Origin: Eledone cirrhosa
Lineage: Eukaryota
Length of the DNA: 64,000 nt
Assembly (NCBI GenBank): GCA_964016885.1
Contig: OZ024743.1
Span: 187,736,001-187,800,000, forward strand
Direction: 5' to 3'
Part shown: positions 11,593 through 24,059 of the stretch, one piece after another
How positions within the stretch are numbered: the first letter of the stretch is position 1
How the letters are laid out: each line of letters opens with the position of its first letter
Made by a program: the position numbers and the translations under genes
The notes under the pieces: model-generated
Seen by the model: only the letters and a program-made list of their open reading frames with translations
Told to the model about the DNA's origin: nothing
Database searches by the model: none

Positions 11593-13614
11593 AACCTTAT
11601 CATGTTTACCTGGTGAGGAGGGTGATTTTGAACACCCCTGCAGGACGGAAAAGAGCAGAGGAACTCATGTGAGTTAACAACCATCCAATAGTGTATACAT
11701 ATGTAAATATGTATATGTTAATTTCAGAGTGTGCAGAGCTGTTTTGTACTGGTGTGCACTGGTTGGCACTGGACAGTCTTTCATGGCATGCCTGTGTATC
11801 CCGATGCTTGTTCACAATGCTCCTCAGTGAACTGATGATGTGTAATATATGCTCATTTAAGCTGAGCATCTAACCTCTCCCAGTTCGACGACTGATCTGC
11901 CTGGTGTAAATGCACATCTTACATGAGGTGCCTCTGAAATAGCAGAACAGGTCAGATCTAGAAGAGTAAGCCTCAATAAAAATCCTGCTTGTCTCATAGT
12001 AAACAATAGCTCATTTGACAATCATCAGTTTAATTAGATGACCTTGGTGTTGTGAACACCAGTGGCTTTGCAGATGATTGACTATTAATTCAACAATGGG
12101 TTGACACAACTTCTCCAATAGCAGAGAAATCTACTCTATGAGTATGCAGGTATAGTGAGCCACATACATTCTAGCCATTAGAAAAAGCAAAATGAATTCT
12201 TTGCCTTCGATGAGGTATGACTTAAGAAGATATATGACACCTTCAATATCTGAATTTGTTTTCATTAACAAATGTTTCATCAACAAAGGAAAAGCAGTGC
12301 TGTTTTAAGAGCCTCCATAACTGGCAAGGCGAGGAAGACATCCTCAAACTGGGGATCTTTCCCAAATGCTTACAATGAAGTAGACTCCAAGTGATAGAAT
12401 TAAACCAGATACCCTTTTAAATGTAGCATATAAAAAGGCCACATCAGGATTTGATCTCAGATTATTAAGAGCAGGAGCAAACACAACAAGGCATCTAACT
12501 TGAAGCTCTACTAACTCTGCCAATCTACTGCCCTAGTTGGTTACTTTATTTAATTGACCTCCAAAAGGATGAAAGATAAAGTTGAACTAAATAGATTTAA
12601 AGCAATTTCTTCTGGTTCTCTTCAATTTGACTTCAACTCCCATTCAGATCAACTTTGCTTTTCATCCTTTTGGAGTTAATTGAATAAATCGTTTGAGTCA
12701 TTAGAGGTTTGAACCAAATTCCTTGTAATATTTATTCTGGCTCTCTGCAATCTAGTACAAGGAATTTTGTTTGACCCCCTAATGACTTAACCAATTCCCC
12801 ATCTATATATTCGCTTATATTAATTTCCGAATACTGATTATGTCACTGTATGATCACAGTGTTGGCATGTTTGAAGTAACTCTTTGGATGCCAGTCTGTC
12901 ATTCATTCCAAGTAAGAAAACATCTCATTTTAAACTGATTATATTTAAATTAAAGTCTTCCATCAATTAAATTTATTTAGCAAGATTTTAATTTCTATAA
13001 AACTGTACCATAAGAAAATATTTAAGATGTGCTTTATATATACATAGCAAACAGCATCTACATACATTCAACGCTAACTATTATGATAAAAGTAGAAGAT
13101 AAGAAAACCAAACGGAGAAAAATGTAGAAAAGTGTAAAATGGTAAAGATAGGTGCAAAAGTTTAGAAACAGACATTAGAATGGAATCTAGAAAAGACTAA
13201 GTGTGATTGGTGTCAAACAACAACAAAAAAACAAAAAAAAACGGACACATATGATTGTAAATTCATAAAGGTAGAATAAACCAGAAGCCTATGAAACTGG
13301 CTACTAAGTTTCCAAAAGCTGTAGTAGAATTGTGTTAGTGACAAGATCACAGTGGTGTGACAATAACTTTGTTATCACACAAAATAAATGAAAAATTAAC
13401 ATGTAGGGTTTTGTGAGGCTCTAGAGGGTTAAAATGGCTTTTCTGTTAGGCAACTCCTTTAGTTTCAGTATGCAAATTCAGATCAAGTCCCTGGTCAAAC
13501 AAATACAACTCTTGGCTTCAAATATTTTGTAAAAACCATTTGAAAAGTGGAATGTAAATGTAAGAGAAAGGCAGAGCTTAGATGAGCTGAGGAAGAAGCT
13601 AGGCTTAAGAGAGA

Positions 13615-13888
13615 TATGATAATGATGTGCAGGAAAGATGACTGCACTGGTACAGACATGATACACATAGATGATGATCACTGAGTAAAGAAGTTCCAGG
13701 AAATCCCAGTGGAAGGAAGCTGCAGTAGAGGTAGACCAAGAAAAATATGGACAGAGCTTATCTCAAGTCACTGAAACTCACAGAGGAGATGACAAAGGAA
13801 TGCAACAAGTGGAGAGATGCTGTGCTGAAAAGAACCTATCCAATGTATGCAAGCATGGAAAAATGGATGTAAAAATGATGATGATGGT
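13615..13888 (+). mobile_element. RTE 3' fragment with (ATG)n tail
   Basis: Similar to 36110-36383 (agaggtagaccaagaaaaatatgg...gcaagcatggaaaaatggatgtaaaaatgatg). Confidence 0.75.
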
Positions 13889-13907
13889 GTTAAAAACCAC
13901 AGCTTAA

Positions 13908-14128
13908 TACTGATTTCTAATTAAACGCAGGACGGCAAATTTGAGGGAATGGCAAAGTTGATTAAATCAACCCTAGTAATTGACTGGTACTTTAATTAAT
14001 CAACCCCAGAAGGATGAAAAGCAAAGTTCATCTTCACACAGGATTTGAACTCAGAATGTAGAGAGACAGAACAAGTATTGCAATATTTTATCCAACACCT
14101 TACCAACCCTGCCAATTCATCACTCTTA
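13908..14128 (-). mobile_element. SINE family A, older copy
   Basis: Reverse complement of B-box (ggatttgaactcag) and body (ctggtacttt...aaggatgaaaagcaaagtt). Confidence 0.7.
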
Positions 14129-14153
14129 TACAGCAGCTTGATATTGACAAAGT

Positions 14154-14240
14154 TAATTACCTCATATACTCAAATATAAGCCAAGGAATATGTGACCAAA
14201 AAATAATGGTAAAATGGGGGTTTGGCTTATATTTAGGGTC
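14154..14240. mobile_element. Possible pogo/Tigger-like TIR fragment
   Basis: tacctcatatactcaaatataagcc...ggcttatatttaggg resembles TACCGTA...TATAAGCC termini; only one end seen. Confidence 0.3.
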
Positions 14241-14789
14241 AATATTTTGATGATTTTCACCATCTTCCAATTCTATGTAAATAAGGTGCTAACATATCTG
14301 GAGTAATTATTTCACAATGAAAAACTGTTTTTCAACGTTTACTATATAATCATGGATTTCATTTATTGCTTTAAGAAGATTCCCAACAAATTTTTATCAT
14401 TTGAACTTTTAAAGACATAAATATCCCCTGCACATATAAGCATTCACATGTGCACATGCACAAACATACATATTCATACAAGTGCCCTGACTATTTTTCT
14501 TTGTGACTTAATTATACTAATTCTTTGAAGCTTTTGATTTATTTTGCTCACTCTCTCTCTCACCCTTCTCTCACACTTGCACTCTCTTTTTCTTGCTCTG
14601 CCTCTCCTCTCTCTCACTTGCTGTCTCCCCCCCCCCACTCTGAATCCTTATACAATGTTCTCTTAGTTGATCTCTTTCAACTATTTCTTATTCATTTTGA
14701 TCTCCCCCTAGTGTTCTAATGATCTTCATAATAGTTAAAGAAAACTCTTTTTATATAATTCTTTGTCTAGTTAAGATTTATATGCTAGA

Positions 14790-15090
14790 GAATGGGTTAT
14801 GGGTGGTGGAAAGTAATACAGCCCCAGATATGATGGTTAATTGCAATACAAGCGGGCAACTGCTGGATGAATAATCAACCCCAGACCAACAGCAGTAAAC
14901 TACTAGGGGAAATCAAGCACTGGGTTACACCTGTAGCCCCGAAAAAAACTTTCAGAAACCAGTGACATAGCTATGATGAGGTGAGTAAAGGATGCCTCTA
15001 AAAAAGTCTAGTCTTCGCAGGTTTGTCAAAATACCAGATTCGTGACTGGTATGAATAAGACCACTTAAACCGCAACTGCAATATGGTGAG
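14790..15090 (+). mobile_element. Probable RTE-type LINE 5' UTR fragment
   Basis: GC-richer island with ctgctg/cagcag stem and gggttacacctgtagccccgaaaaaaac..cagaaac motif resembling RTE leaders. Confidence 0.3.
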
Positions 15091-16142
15091 AGGAAAGTAT
15101 CTACATCCACTTTTTTTACATTATACAGATCGGAGTCTATTTAGTTTGATAAACTGTAGCAAATGGGGAGAGGGACAACAGAAACTTCCTTAACACATTG
15201 CTTTATAAACATATTATCCCCAAATCCATATTTATTCAGTTTTTTGTTGTTTACATCACGGGAAATTATTGTGACTGATACTTTGAGGTATATCTTCCAA
15301 CTCTTTACATTCTATGTTCAAATTTCCTGGGAGTCAGCTTTGTCTTTCATCCCCCAGGAATCAATAAAATAAAGCACCAGCAAAATACTGGCATTGATTT
15401 TATCAACAAATCCTCCCCTGAATTTCTGGCCTTGGAACTACATTAGAAACAACCATCATTATAGTCATTATCGCTTTTACATCAGCTTTTCTATGCTTGG
15501 ACAGGTCCACTTCAGCACAGCAACTCTTCATTTGCCGTGATCTAATCATGGATTAAAAAAATAGTAAACCCCTGGACAAAATGTTTGTTGCTTATGTTGA
15601 CTTGGTGTTCCATCCTAGAAGGAGTTGATAAAATAGTACCAGTCAAGTCCTCTGATTATGATACGACTGCTTATATATTCTGTTTTGACTAAGCATATAT
15701 CTATGTGTGTGTTGGACTTCTGTCAGCTTTCATGACAAGTGTTCCAGTTGATTCGATCAATGGAACAGCAAACTTGTGAAATTAACAGACATGTGGCTGT
15801 ATATTCTACTTACATGTGTATCCTTAACAGGGAGATTCAGTGTAACCCAATGTGTGACAAGAGTGACCTTTTGAGTTACAGGTACATTTCATTTCAGCTG
15901 AGTATATTAAAACACCATGGAATAAAGGGTCTTGCTTAAGGACACGACATGCCACAGGGAATTGAACTAACGTCTTTATATTTGTGAGCTGAACACCTTT
16001 AATGTGTATGCCATGTGTATATCAACAAATCCTTCACTTGATTAGGAATATACACCCACAAAAAACACAATATAATTAATTGTTTTTCAATTTTGTCCAT
16101 ATATTCTGTTGTCATTTTTATACCCTCTTTCATTATATATTT

Positions 16143-16260
16143 TTGAGTTCAAATCCTGCTGAGGTTAACTTTGCCTTTCATCCATACAGGGTCGACAAAA
16201 TAAAGTACCAGTAATGCACTAAGTAATTGCTAGCCTTGTGCCAAAAAGTAGAAACAATTA
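16143..16260 (+). mobile_element. SINE family A, 5'-truncated
   Basis: B-box, body and tail match other copies. Confidence 0.8.
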
Positions 16261-16574
16261 TATATTTTGGTAATTTGTGGTTTTGTTCTCAACCAGTTCT
16301 GATTTTTAACATTTCTGTTTTGTATTCATTTTGCTTAGTCGTGCAAAAAGTTTTTTCTTCTTCCTAATAAGGCAATTTCTGATTCCCTGTTCAGTTTAGT
16401 TATTTTTATATATAGATTCTATTGTTTCTCCTTCTTCATCACAGATGTTTCTTCAATCCAGCCTCTGTTTTATAATTGATAACTTCCTTGAGGATTCAAA
16501 ACAATGCTTTGATTTGTTTGGTTTTGCTAGCCCTCTGTATTAAATTCATTTTATTATTTATTAGATATAGATCA

Positions 16575-16772
16575 GTAGATTGGCAGTATCAGTAGAGTGA
16601 TATGTAGTTACCTGCCTTTACATTCTGAGTTCAAGTCACACTAAAGTTAGCTTTGCATTTCACCCTTACAGGTTCAATAAGATAAAGTCCTAGTAATGCA
16701 CTGAGGTCAATTTAATCAAATTTCCTCTCCCCCAAAATTGTTGACATTGTGCCTAAATCAGAAACCATTATT
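16575..16772 (+). mobile_element. SINE family A, older copy
   Basis: ttggcagtatcagtag...ctgagttcaag...ctttgcatttcacccttac. Confidence 0.7.
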
Positions 16773-18982
16773 TATTAGATATGTTTTAGTCCTATAGAAG
16801 GTATCTTACAACAATTTTCTAGTTGCAGAAGTTTTGGGAATGTATTTCCTTATATTTATGACAATAAAGAATGATTATTATATGGAATTGTATGGTTATG
16901 AATGAAGTAATGAGTTCTTGGTTATTATGGCACTTTATTCATCATCCTTGAAATGATGGAATATAAGAAGGATTCTGCCGTACAAATTGAACATAACAAC
17001 ACAAAATACTATTGTCAAAGAGGGAGCTTCTGTATAGTCTCACAATCTGGTAGAAATAGTTGTTGAATCCTCCTCAAAATATTTTTGAAAACACACCCAC
17101 AGGAAAAGACATCAAATAATGTGGTTGTAGATAGCTCCAACATGTCAGTCTTGGCTACAATGTCTTTGATCATGGAATTGTTTGATCAGAGTTGACCTAG
17201 GGTTAAACAACAACAGCAAGTTAAATATCACAAATGAATCTCATCCAAATATCAACTCTACATTTTGCATAATCTCCATAACCTCTCTGACAACTTTGAC
17301 CTTAATTGACTTTATTACAATGAGTCTTCAGTTGAGCCAAGGCTTTCTGAAATACCTGCGTCTTACTATAACTAATTTATCTTTCCATAACTGGTATACA
17401 TACTTTTAATCTTAAGATTCTAAGAGTAGATTACTGTAAATTTATGAGATAATCGAATCAAACACAGAAGACCTGTTATTAAGTTAATGTCACATTAATG
17501 AGCTGAATAAATTGAAATAGAGTTGGCGCCATTCATTAGTAAACTGCAAGTGTTAATCAGTTATATTGGAAGCAAATTGATGAAAGTGATAAAAGAGATT
17601 GAAGACACAAGGTATTATTTATTTTGAAATAATTTGATATTTAGCTGCAACAACGACAAGTTTAAATATGATTTCTGGGAGAGAAAAGCATTTGAAGGGA
17701 GGAAGATAATATATTATAATACTTGGTTGGACTCATATGGTTGTCTAGATAAGATTTGAAGGTAGTCACTTATAAAGAAGCTTGTTATTAACATTAGAGT
17801 TTGCTTGTTAAATTATACACTTTGGTTCATGTAATATTATCCGTGGAAGCAATGGCTATGTTTGTTATTATTGTATGTTCAGTTTAATAGTTATGGCAGT
17901 CTGAAAGGCAAAGGTATTAATATATTGTCTTTAATGTTATTAAGTATGCAGTGTTTAGTTACATCTTTCTTTATGCTTTTAGTTCAAATTCAAGTATCGG
18001 AATATACTGACACCAGTTAAAATTAGTCTACGTCTTATTTGTAAAATATTAATGTAATTAATTTATCATGTAATTGAACATGCTTATTTGACTTGCTAGA
18101 AATAGTAGTCAAATCTCTATCAAATTACATCTTACAATCTTAAAAAACTATTTGATAAGCATTCTCCAATATACTTCATCTAAAAAGAAAAAGGGACATG
18201 GATCTCATGGCTATAAAACCTTTATGTGTAAGTCTGCTTGGTTAGGGCCATTCTAGAACTAAATAACAAGAACAACATTTCGTTGACATCATCATCATCA
18301 GCATCATCACCATCATCATTTAACATCTGTCTTTCCTGCTAGAAAGGGTTGGATGGGTCTCCACAGACCAGGAAGATAGTCAAGTGGAGTCACTGACCTC
18401 TCAGATGGACATACATATTCCTGCACTTTATTGAATGCATTTTATAATGGCACCAACATTAGGGAGGTTGTCATATCTTTGACACAGCTGAAAAGTCCTC
18501 CAACCCTTTGTTTGGAAGATTTTCTGTAGCTGGATGCACTTCCTACCCCAGCCACTTTACTGGGTGTACTCAACGACAAAGACACATGTCTAAATGTATC
18601 AGACATAAGTCCTTTTTCAGGAAATAGCAAAGTTCAGAGAGAGAGAAAGCTGGAACAATGGAGGTTGAATGTTTGAAAAAAGACAAAAAAACTTAGCTAC
18701 TGTTGGAGAACTACATGATAAATACCACCATTACACTCTGTAAAGTGGTTGGTGATAGGAAGGGCATTCATCCATAGAAAACTTGTGATACAAAGAGCTG
18801 ATAGGACACTTAAGTTGTGTCATAGACATGACAACCTCCCTAGAGTTGGTGCCATAATAAGATACACCCAGTAGAGCATGGATCATATGCTGGGCCCTTA
18901 ACCTGCCTGGTGGTCAGAGGATCTGCTTGAATACTGACTGGTCTATGTTGACATCTTGTCCAACTTTTGATAGCAGGGAAAA

Positions 18983-19358
18983 CATGGCTTAGTGGTTAGA
19001 GCATTGGCCTTGCAATTGAAAGGTTGTGAGTTCAATTCTCGGACCGGGTGATGTGTTGTTTCCTTGAGCAAGACACTTTATTTCACATTGCTCCAGTTTA
19101 CTCAGCTGTAGAAATGAGATGACAGGACTGGGGTCCCTATCATTCCACTGCAAAGTGGTTGTGGAGGTGCCATGGCAAAAAAGCACCCAGCCCACACTGT
19201 AAGTGAACGTGTAGGCGCCACGGAAAAAAAGCGCCCAGCACTCATTGTAAATGAGGTTGGTGTTAGGAAGGGCATCCAGCTGTAGAAATCAATCCAGAAT
19301 CAGTTCCCGTCCCACCCTTGCAAGCAGGGAAAAGCGGACGTAAAATGATGATGATGAT
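18983..19358 (+). mobile_element. tRNA-derived SINE (family B) with Meta/MESC-like core and RTE-derived tail
   Basis: A-box TGGCTTAGTGG, B-box GAGTTCAATTC, core tccttgagcaagacacttt...ctcagctgta, 3' 40 nt nearly identical to RTE end at 36322-36361. Confidence 0.85.
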
Positions 19359-19382
19359 AATTGTTTCTACTTTATAATGATG

Positions 19383-19423
<41 letters not shown>

Positions 19424-19499
19424 CGTGTGTGGGTGTCAGTTTTGTCTACTAACTTGAAAATGCTGGAAAAAATAACCATAATTTTCAATAGGTGTGTTA

Positions 19500-21100
19500 T
19501 CGTGTTTAGCTGCTACTTTTGAGTAAGAATGTACCTTGCCAAATATATTTGTGTTTAATATTCACATTTATTACAGATGTGCAATATGCATGAAAGTTAG
19601 CTTGGTGTATATGCTATTGCAGGCATTTTGATATGTATATATAACATAAAAGATGATTTCTTTTGTAGAATTAGAATACTGTATTACAAGCAAAACTTCC
19701 ATGACTCTAATCATATACTTAAATCTTTTCAGTGACAAACATTGTAAATAATTCTGCAAAGCAGCAATTCTATGATATTTTGCATCACAATCATTCTTAT
19801 TTAATGCAACATTTGCATAATGTACACATTCAGAAACTAAAGCTTTATCCAAACAATGTGGATAATTATGTGACTTGGCAGCAATTGATAGCCTAGAAAT
19901 TCAGCATGAAGCTTTTCAACTTCACTTACTGAACTAAAATAAGTAAAAAATAACTGTAACTATCAATAAAAATAAAGAAACATTAGAAATCTAAGCTTTC
20001 ACTCTTTCTGTAAAATTAATACTGGGTGGATTCCTTAGGAACTCACACTTGGGCAGTGTTTTAAAAGCTTTTGTTAGAGCATTTATGTATAATGCATAAA
20101 CAGCTGTGAAACCTTGCATTCACTTACACCTGAAAAAGTGTTTTGTATTGAATAATCTGCTCATTGTGGATTTAGTTATAAGGCATACAGTGAAGTTGAA
20201 TTTCTTCATCTTTTACATCGACTTTCAAACAAGACATTTAATGAAAATGCCACCAACCTTTTATAAATTTAGGTGAAAGTTTTATAAGAAAAGAATGTAA
20301 TAGAATGTTTAGCAGGTGAATGAAAACATTTTCTCTTTATAAAAACAAGTTAAAATTGGTCAAATATGGCAGAACAGCCAAAGATAAAATAGCAAATTGA
20401 TATTTAACATATGATTTGAAAGGGCTGCTTTCAAATGAATAAACCAAGGACACTTATCATTGCAGGACATAAAAAAACCTTTGTAGTGTGTCAAAAAGTA
20501 GGAGAACTCTTTTAAATGTTTTAATTGACATTTCTAGACTTGACCAACTTGTTGACACATTCCTGAAAATTTCTTTATATTCTCTATTGCAAAAGCAACC
20601 ACTATTTTCTAACTGCCTCTTTCATTTTGTATTATAAAGATTAAGGTCTTCTAAAACAAAACTACATGAATCTCTAAATGGTATGTATAAGATGGTAAAA
20701 GCATTTGGTGAAAAAACAAGTATTGATTATATTGTGAACTTTAAATATTGCAAAATATGTCTTCCCATGTTTATTCTGCAATTGCCTATCCCTAAACCAA
20801 CACAGTTGACCCACAGTTTTTCACTCTTAATCATAGCATGTTGAATTTTCTTATATATTATTTCTGCTTTGCCACATTAAGGACCAGTTGTAGTTCACAT
20901 TTCAAAGAACTTTGTTACAATCTTGTGTAGTCTATTCATATAAAAACTTCTAACAATTAGTGGGTTCATATTGTCTTTTCATGCATTGTTTGACCCTTCT
21001 ACCAGCAAAGAAAATGACTGAAACTGCATCTCTTGTACCGTGAGACAGAGCTTGTGGCAGAGGAAAAAAGTTAATTCATATTTTATCTATATGTTGAAAG
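19500..21100 (-). mobile_element. Highly decayed hAT-like transposase relic
   Basis: Minus-strand pieces LWVNCVGLGIGNCRINMGRH, KCFYHLIH (CxxH-like) and YSNSTKEIIF (ERSFS-like) occur in the expected order; many stops. Confidence 0.4.
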
Positions 21101-21299
21101 AAAAAGTAGAACTCCAAAACAAAAACACAGTTTCTGATTATATACCGCTATGTACCTTACTTTATGTATATATGCTGTATAATGCTTGTTTCAATAATCA
21201 CTATTATAGGAAATAACCACTCAGCCAATAGATCAGTTATTATTTATGCAATATATGTATGTTTGTTTGTATGTATGCATGGATGTACTTGGTATGGTT

Positions 21300-21600
21300 C
21301 CATGTCTGAGCATGCGGTTACCCTACTGGGAGGGAAAGTACCTTAGTTTTTGTTAGAACATTGTCTTCAGAGAAAGAAAACTCTGATGAAAAACCTGCAA
21401 CTTGGTAGTAGCCAATCTGTCACCATTGTTCAGAGAGTGGGATTGGTCCAGTGCAAGGCCTTTCTTCACTTAAAACTTCAAGTACAAGTATCACTTAATC
21501 TTAACGAGTTTCATGAGCATGGCCTTTTCCTTTTTCTTTCACTGCAGCATATGCAAAAAGGAATCTAAGGCAATTCGCGAAACCAAGATGCAACCATTAT
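21300..21600 (+). mobile_element. Non-autonomous RTE-derived repeat (family shared with 50178-50432)
   Basis: Shared aaaacctgc...cagagagtgggattgg..cagtgca....ctttc.tcacttaaaa; gaaaactctgat..aaacct resembles RTE leaders. Confidence 0.4.
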
Positions 21601-21609
21601 GTATGTATG

Positions 21610-21710
21610 CCGAGGTTGACTTTGCCTTTCATCCTTACGGGGTCGATAAAATAAAGTACCAGTAATGCACTGGATAATTGTTGGTCTTGTGCCTAAAGTA
21701 GAAACAATTA
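21610..21710 (+). mobile_element. SINE family A 3' half, flanked by attatgtatgtatg direct repeats
   Basis: Body and tail match; 14-nt direct repeat at both sides. Confidence 0.8.
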
Positions 21711-21720
21711 TGTATGTATG

Positions 21721-22345
21721 TTGGAGTGGTCACCTTGCCAGGATGAAGGATTCTAGAATACCAAAACAACTCTTTTATGGAGAGTTAGTTAAAGGAAAAC
21801 GACCTCAACATAAACCAAAAAAGAGGTATAAGGATTCCTTGAAAGCCTCTTTGAAAGACGCTAACATCTCTGCTGATACATGGGAAAATATTGCTGCTGA
21901 TTTTAATAAATGGAGAAAGCCTGTATATGAGGGGAAAGTTGCCTTTGAGGCATCTCAAATCGCATACGAGAAAGTAAAGCGGGATGTGAGGAAGGGCATT
22001 GCTGTTGTACTTCCAGACGGCGAGGGTCCTCCTATGGTGCTGACATGCAGCGTATGTGCGAGACTTTGCCTAAACAAAGCTGGACTAGAAAGTCATCTTC
22101 GCAGTCATAAAGTAAGACCAGTGGTTGACTACCAGGCTGCTGTTGGAGATGCTACTCATCATGCTTGCCAAACATGTGGTAGAGAATGTAAATCAGCAGG
22201 AGGGCTCAAGCGACATGCAAAAGTACATGAACTCCAACCACAGCCGGCTATTCCCAGTGAATGTTTTGGTTGTCGACTCTGTGCAAGACATTTTAGATCA
22301 TTGGCTGGGCTAAAAAAGCCACATTCGATCGCAACGCTGTTAGTT
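21721..22345 (+). mobile_element. 3' fragment of BovB-like RTE with three C2H2 fingers
   Basis: Highly similar to 53938-54566; WSGHLARMKDSRIPKQLFYGEL...CSVC..H..H, CQTC..H..H, CRLC. Confidence 0.9.
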
Positions 22346-22351
22346 GCTATC

Positions 22352-22488
22352 GTGTGTGTGTGTGTGTGTATAGATATGTTTATGTGTGTGCGTGTGTGTG
22401 TATATATATATGTATATGTATATTATTATTGTTGTTGTTGTCGTTATTATTATTGTTGTTATTATTATTATTATTATTGTTATTAATA

Positions 22489-22580
<92 letters not shown>
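22352..22580. repeat. Compound microsatellite (TG)n/(TTA,TTG)n/(TA)n
   Basis: Directly visible. Confidence 0.95.
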
Positions 22581-22583
<3 letters not shown>

Positions 22584-22701
22584 TATTCCGGGTTGAATCG
22601 GAAGTAACCACAGTAAGTAAGGTACTCAATACTTTGCAGAGTATAAAAGTTTTAATATAGATGAGATTCTACAGGTCTAGAACTGTTAACCCAGAATAAC
22701 G
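22581..22701. mobile_element. ~120-bp MITE-like element inside (TA)n
   Basis: Imperfect terminal inverted repeats cattattccgggttga / ttaacccagaataacg; TA repeats on both sides. Confidence 0.55.
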
Positions 22702-22732
<31 letters not shown>

Positions 22733-22859
22733 CTCGTGCAATGGCCATACTCGATAACGAAGGGGCAGCCATCATGTATGTATGTATGTGTGTGTATCTA
22801 TTATGTATACTTATATTCCTTTGTCAACTCTTTTGTGAGCTTTTCTTCGATCTTACTTA

Positions 22860-23130
22860 GTCTTTACTAGAGTTTTTTCCATTGGGATTTCATGGCACAT
22901 TTTCACCCAGTTATCATCATCCATATGCATCACATGTGCTTACAAGCTCAGTCTATTCTTATGTACACAACATTCGATTCCTCTCATATAGAGTTTTTAT
23001 CTCAGTTCATCCATGCTTCATTGTACATATACATTAACATTGCACATTCATTGAAGCATGTTCACTTCATTTCTCTCCAGCCTTCACATATCGTCTGCAT
23101 TTACTCCCCATGTCTCACTACTATACAGTA
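22860..23130 (-). mobile_element. RTE 3' fragment, decayed
   Basis: Minus strand gtgagacatggggagtaaatgcagacgatatgtgaaggctggagagaaatgaa matches SETW...EDMRRLERNE. Confidence 0.7.
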
Positions 23131-23656
23131 ATGTTTATTCTGCTTCAGCATGGCTGCAATCTAATGACAGAAGCTAGTAAAATAATAAAATAAAATGATA
23201 CTATTGTCTGGACATATTTGAAACTTCCAATACTAATTTACTTTCTTGGTGCCAATATTTCAAGATTAATTATTGTTCTTTGGAACTTTGTCTACTTACT
23301 TCTGCTGGAGAATATTCTTTCATAGTCTCTTTTACATTCTATTATATTGTATAACAATTGCCTGTTAAATCACACCTAAAAGTCTGCATAAAATTTTACC
23401 TACTATTCAAAATATTGCTGATTATATTATATCTGATTGTTTAAGCATATAGTTTGGGAAGTGTGAGCTAGTAATGCTAACCAGTACATGCAGTAGGACA
23501 TATTTAACTACCTAGTGTTTCAATAGCTTGTAATTCTGGAATCAGCTTGTTTGTGAGTTTGGAGATGGCATCAAGACACCATACCGCTATAGTTTTTAAT
23601 AAGCATTATTGAAATGATCAAGTGTCGCTTTTCTGTTACATTATCCTTCCAATTGA

Positions 23657-23747
23657 ACCAAGCTATTGTTAAAGGTGTTCAGGTGTTTATTATTTTACAT
23701 GCATTGCAAAATAATAAACACCTGAACACCTTTAACAATAGCTTGGT
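23657..23747. repeat. Perfect 40-bp inverted repeat, 11-nt spacer
   Basis: 23657-23696 is the exact reverse complement of 23708-23747. Confidence 0.95.
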
Positions 23748-24059
23748 ATTGTGTTATCCGGGATTACATTTTCCAATATCCTCTCCTTATTAATATGCAT
23801 GAATGTGATTTGAAAGAAATTTGTGTGTGATTTCTAGCAGTCCAAACGACCACGTAGAAGCACTTCTGATGGATCTTGAAATCTGCTATAGAATCACCAA
23901 TTGTTTAATCCCTCGTTATCTTCAAATTCTTCAACTGCATAAAACAGATAGAATATATTATGTTAATACATGGTAAAAAAAAGAGTACAAAAAGTGAATT
24001 AGTAGGATATATAAAAATATATATATATTATAAGTTGAGGTATACATCAAGTAAAGCCT

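Noticed and set aside
14810-14915. Twister-like motif (uaa uac agc ... acaagcgggcaa, ctgctg/cagcag stem)
   Set aside because: P1, P2 and the T1 pseudoknot cannot be closed in this copy; would need a family consensus and an Infernal search.
21665-22486. 273-aa ORF with C2H2 fingers as a host ZNF gene
   Set aside because: Starts in a SINE, the body is an RTE 3' fragment matching 53938-54566, and it ends in microsatellite.
22354-22607. YI/NN repeat ORFs (also 49416-49879, 55629-55817, 43031-43345)
   Set aside because: Microsatellite translations.
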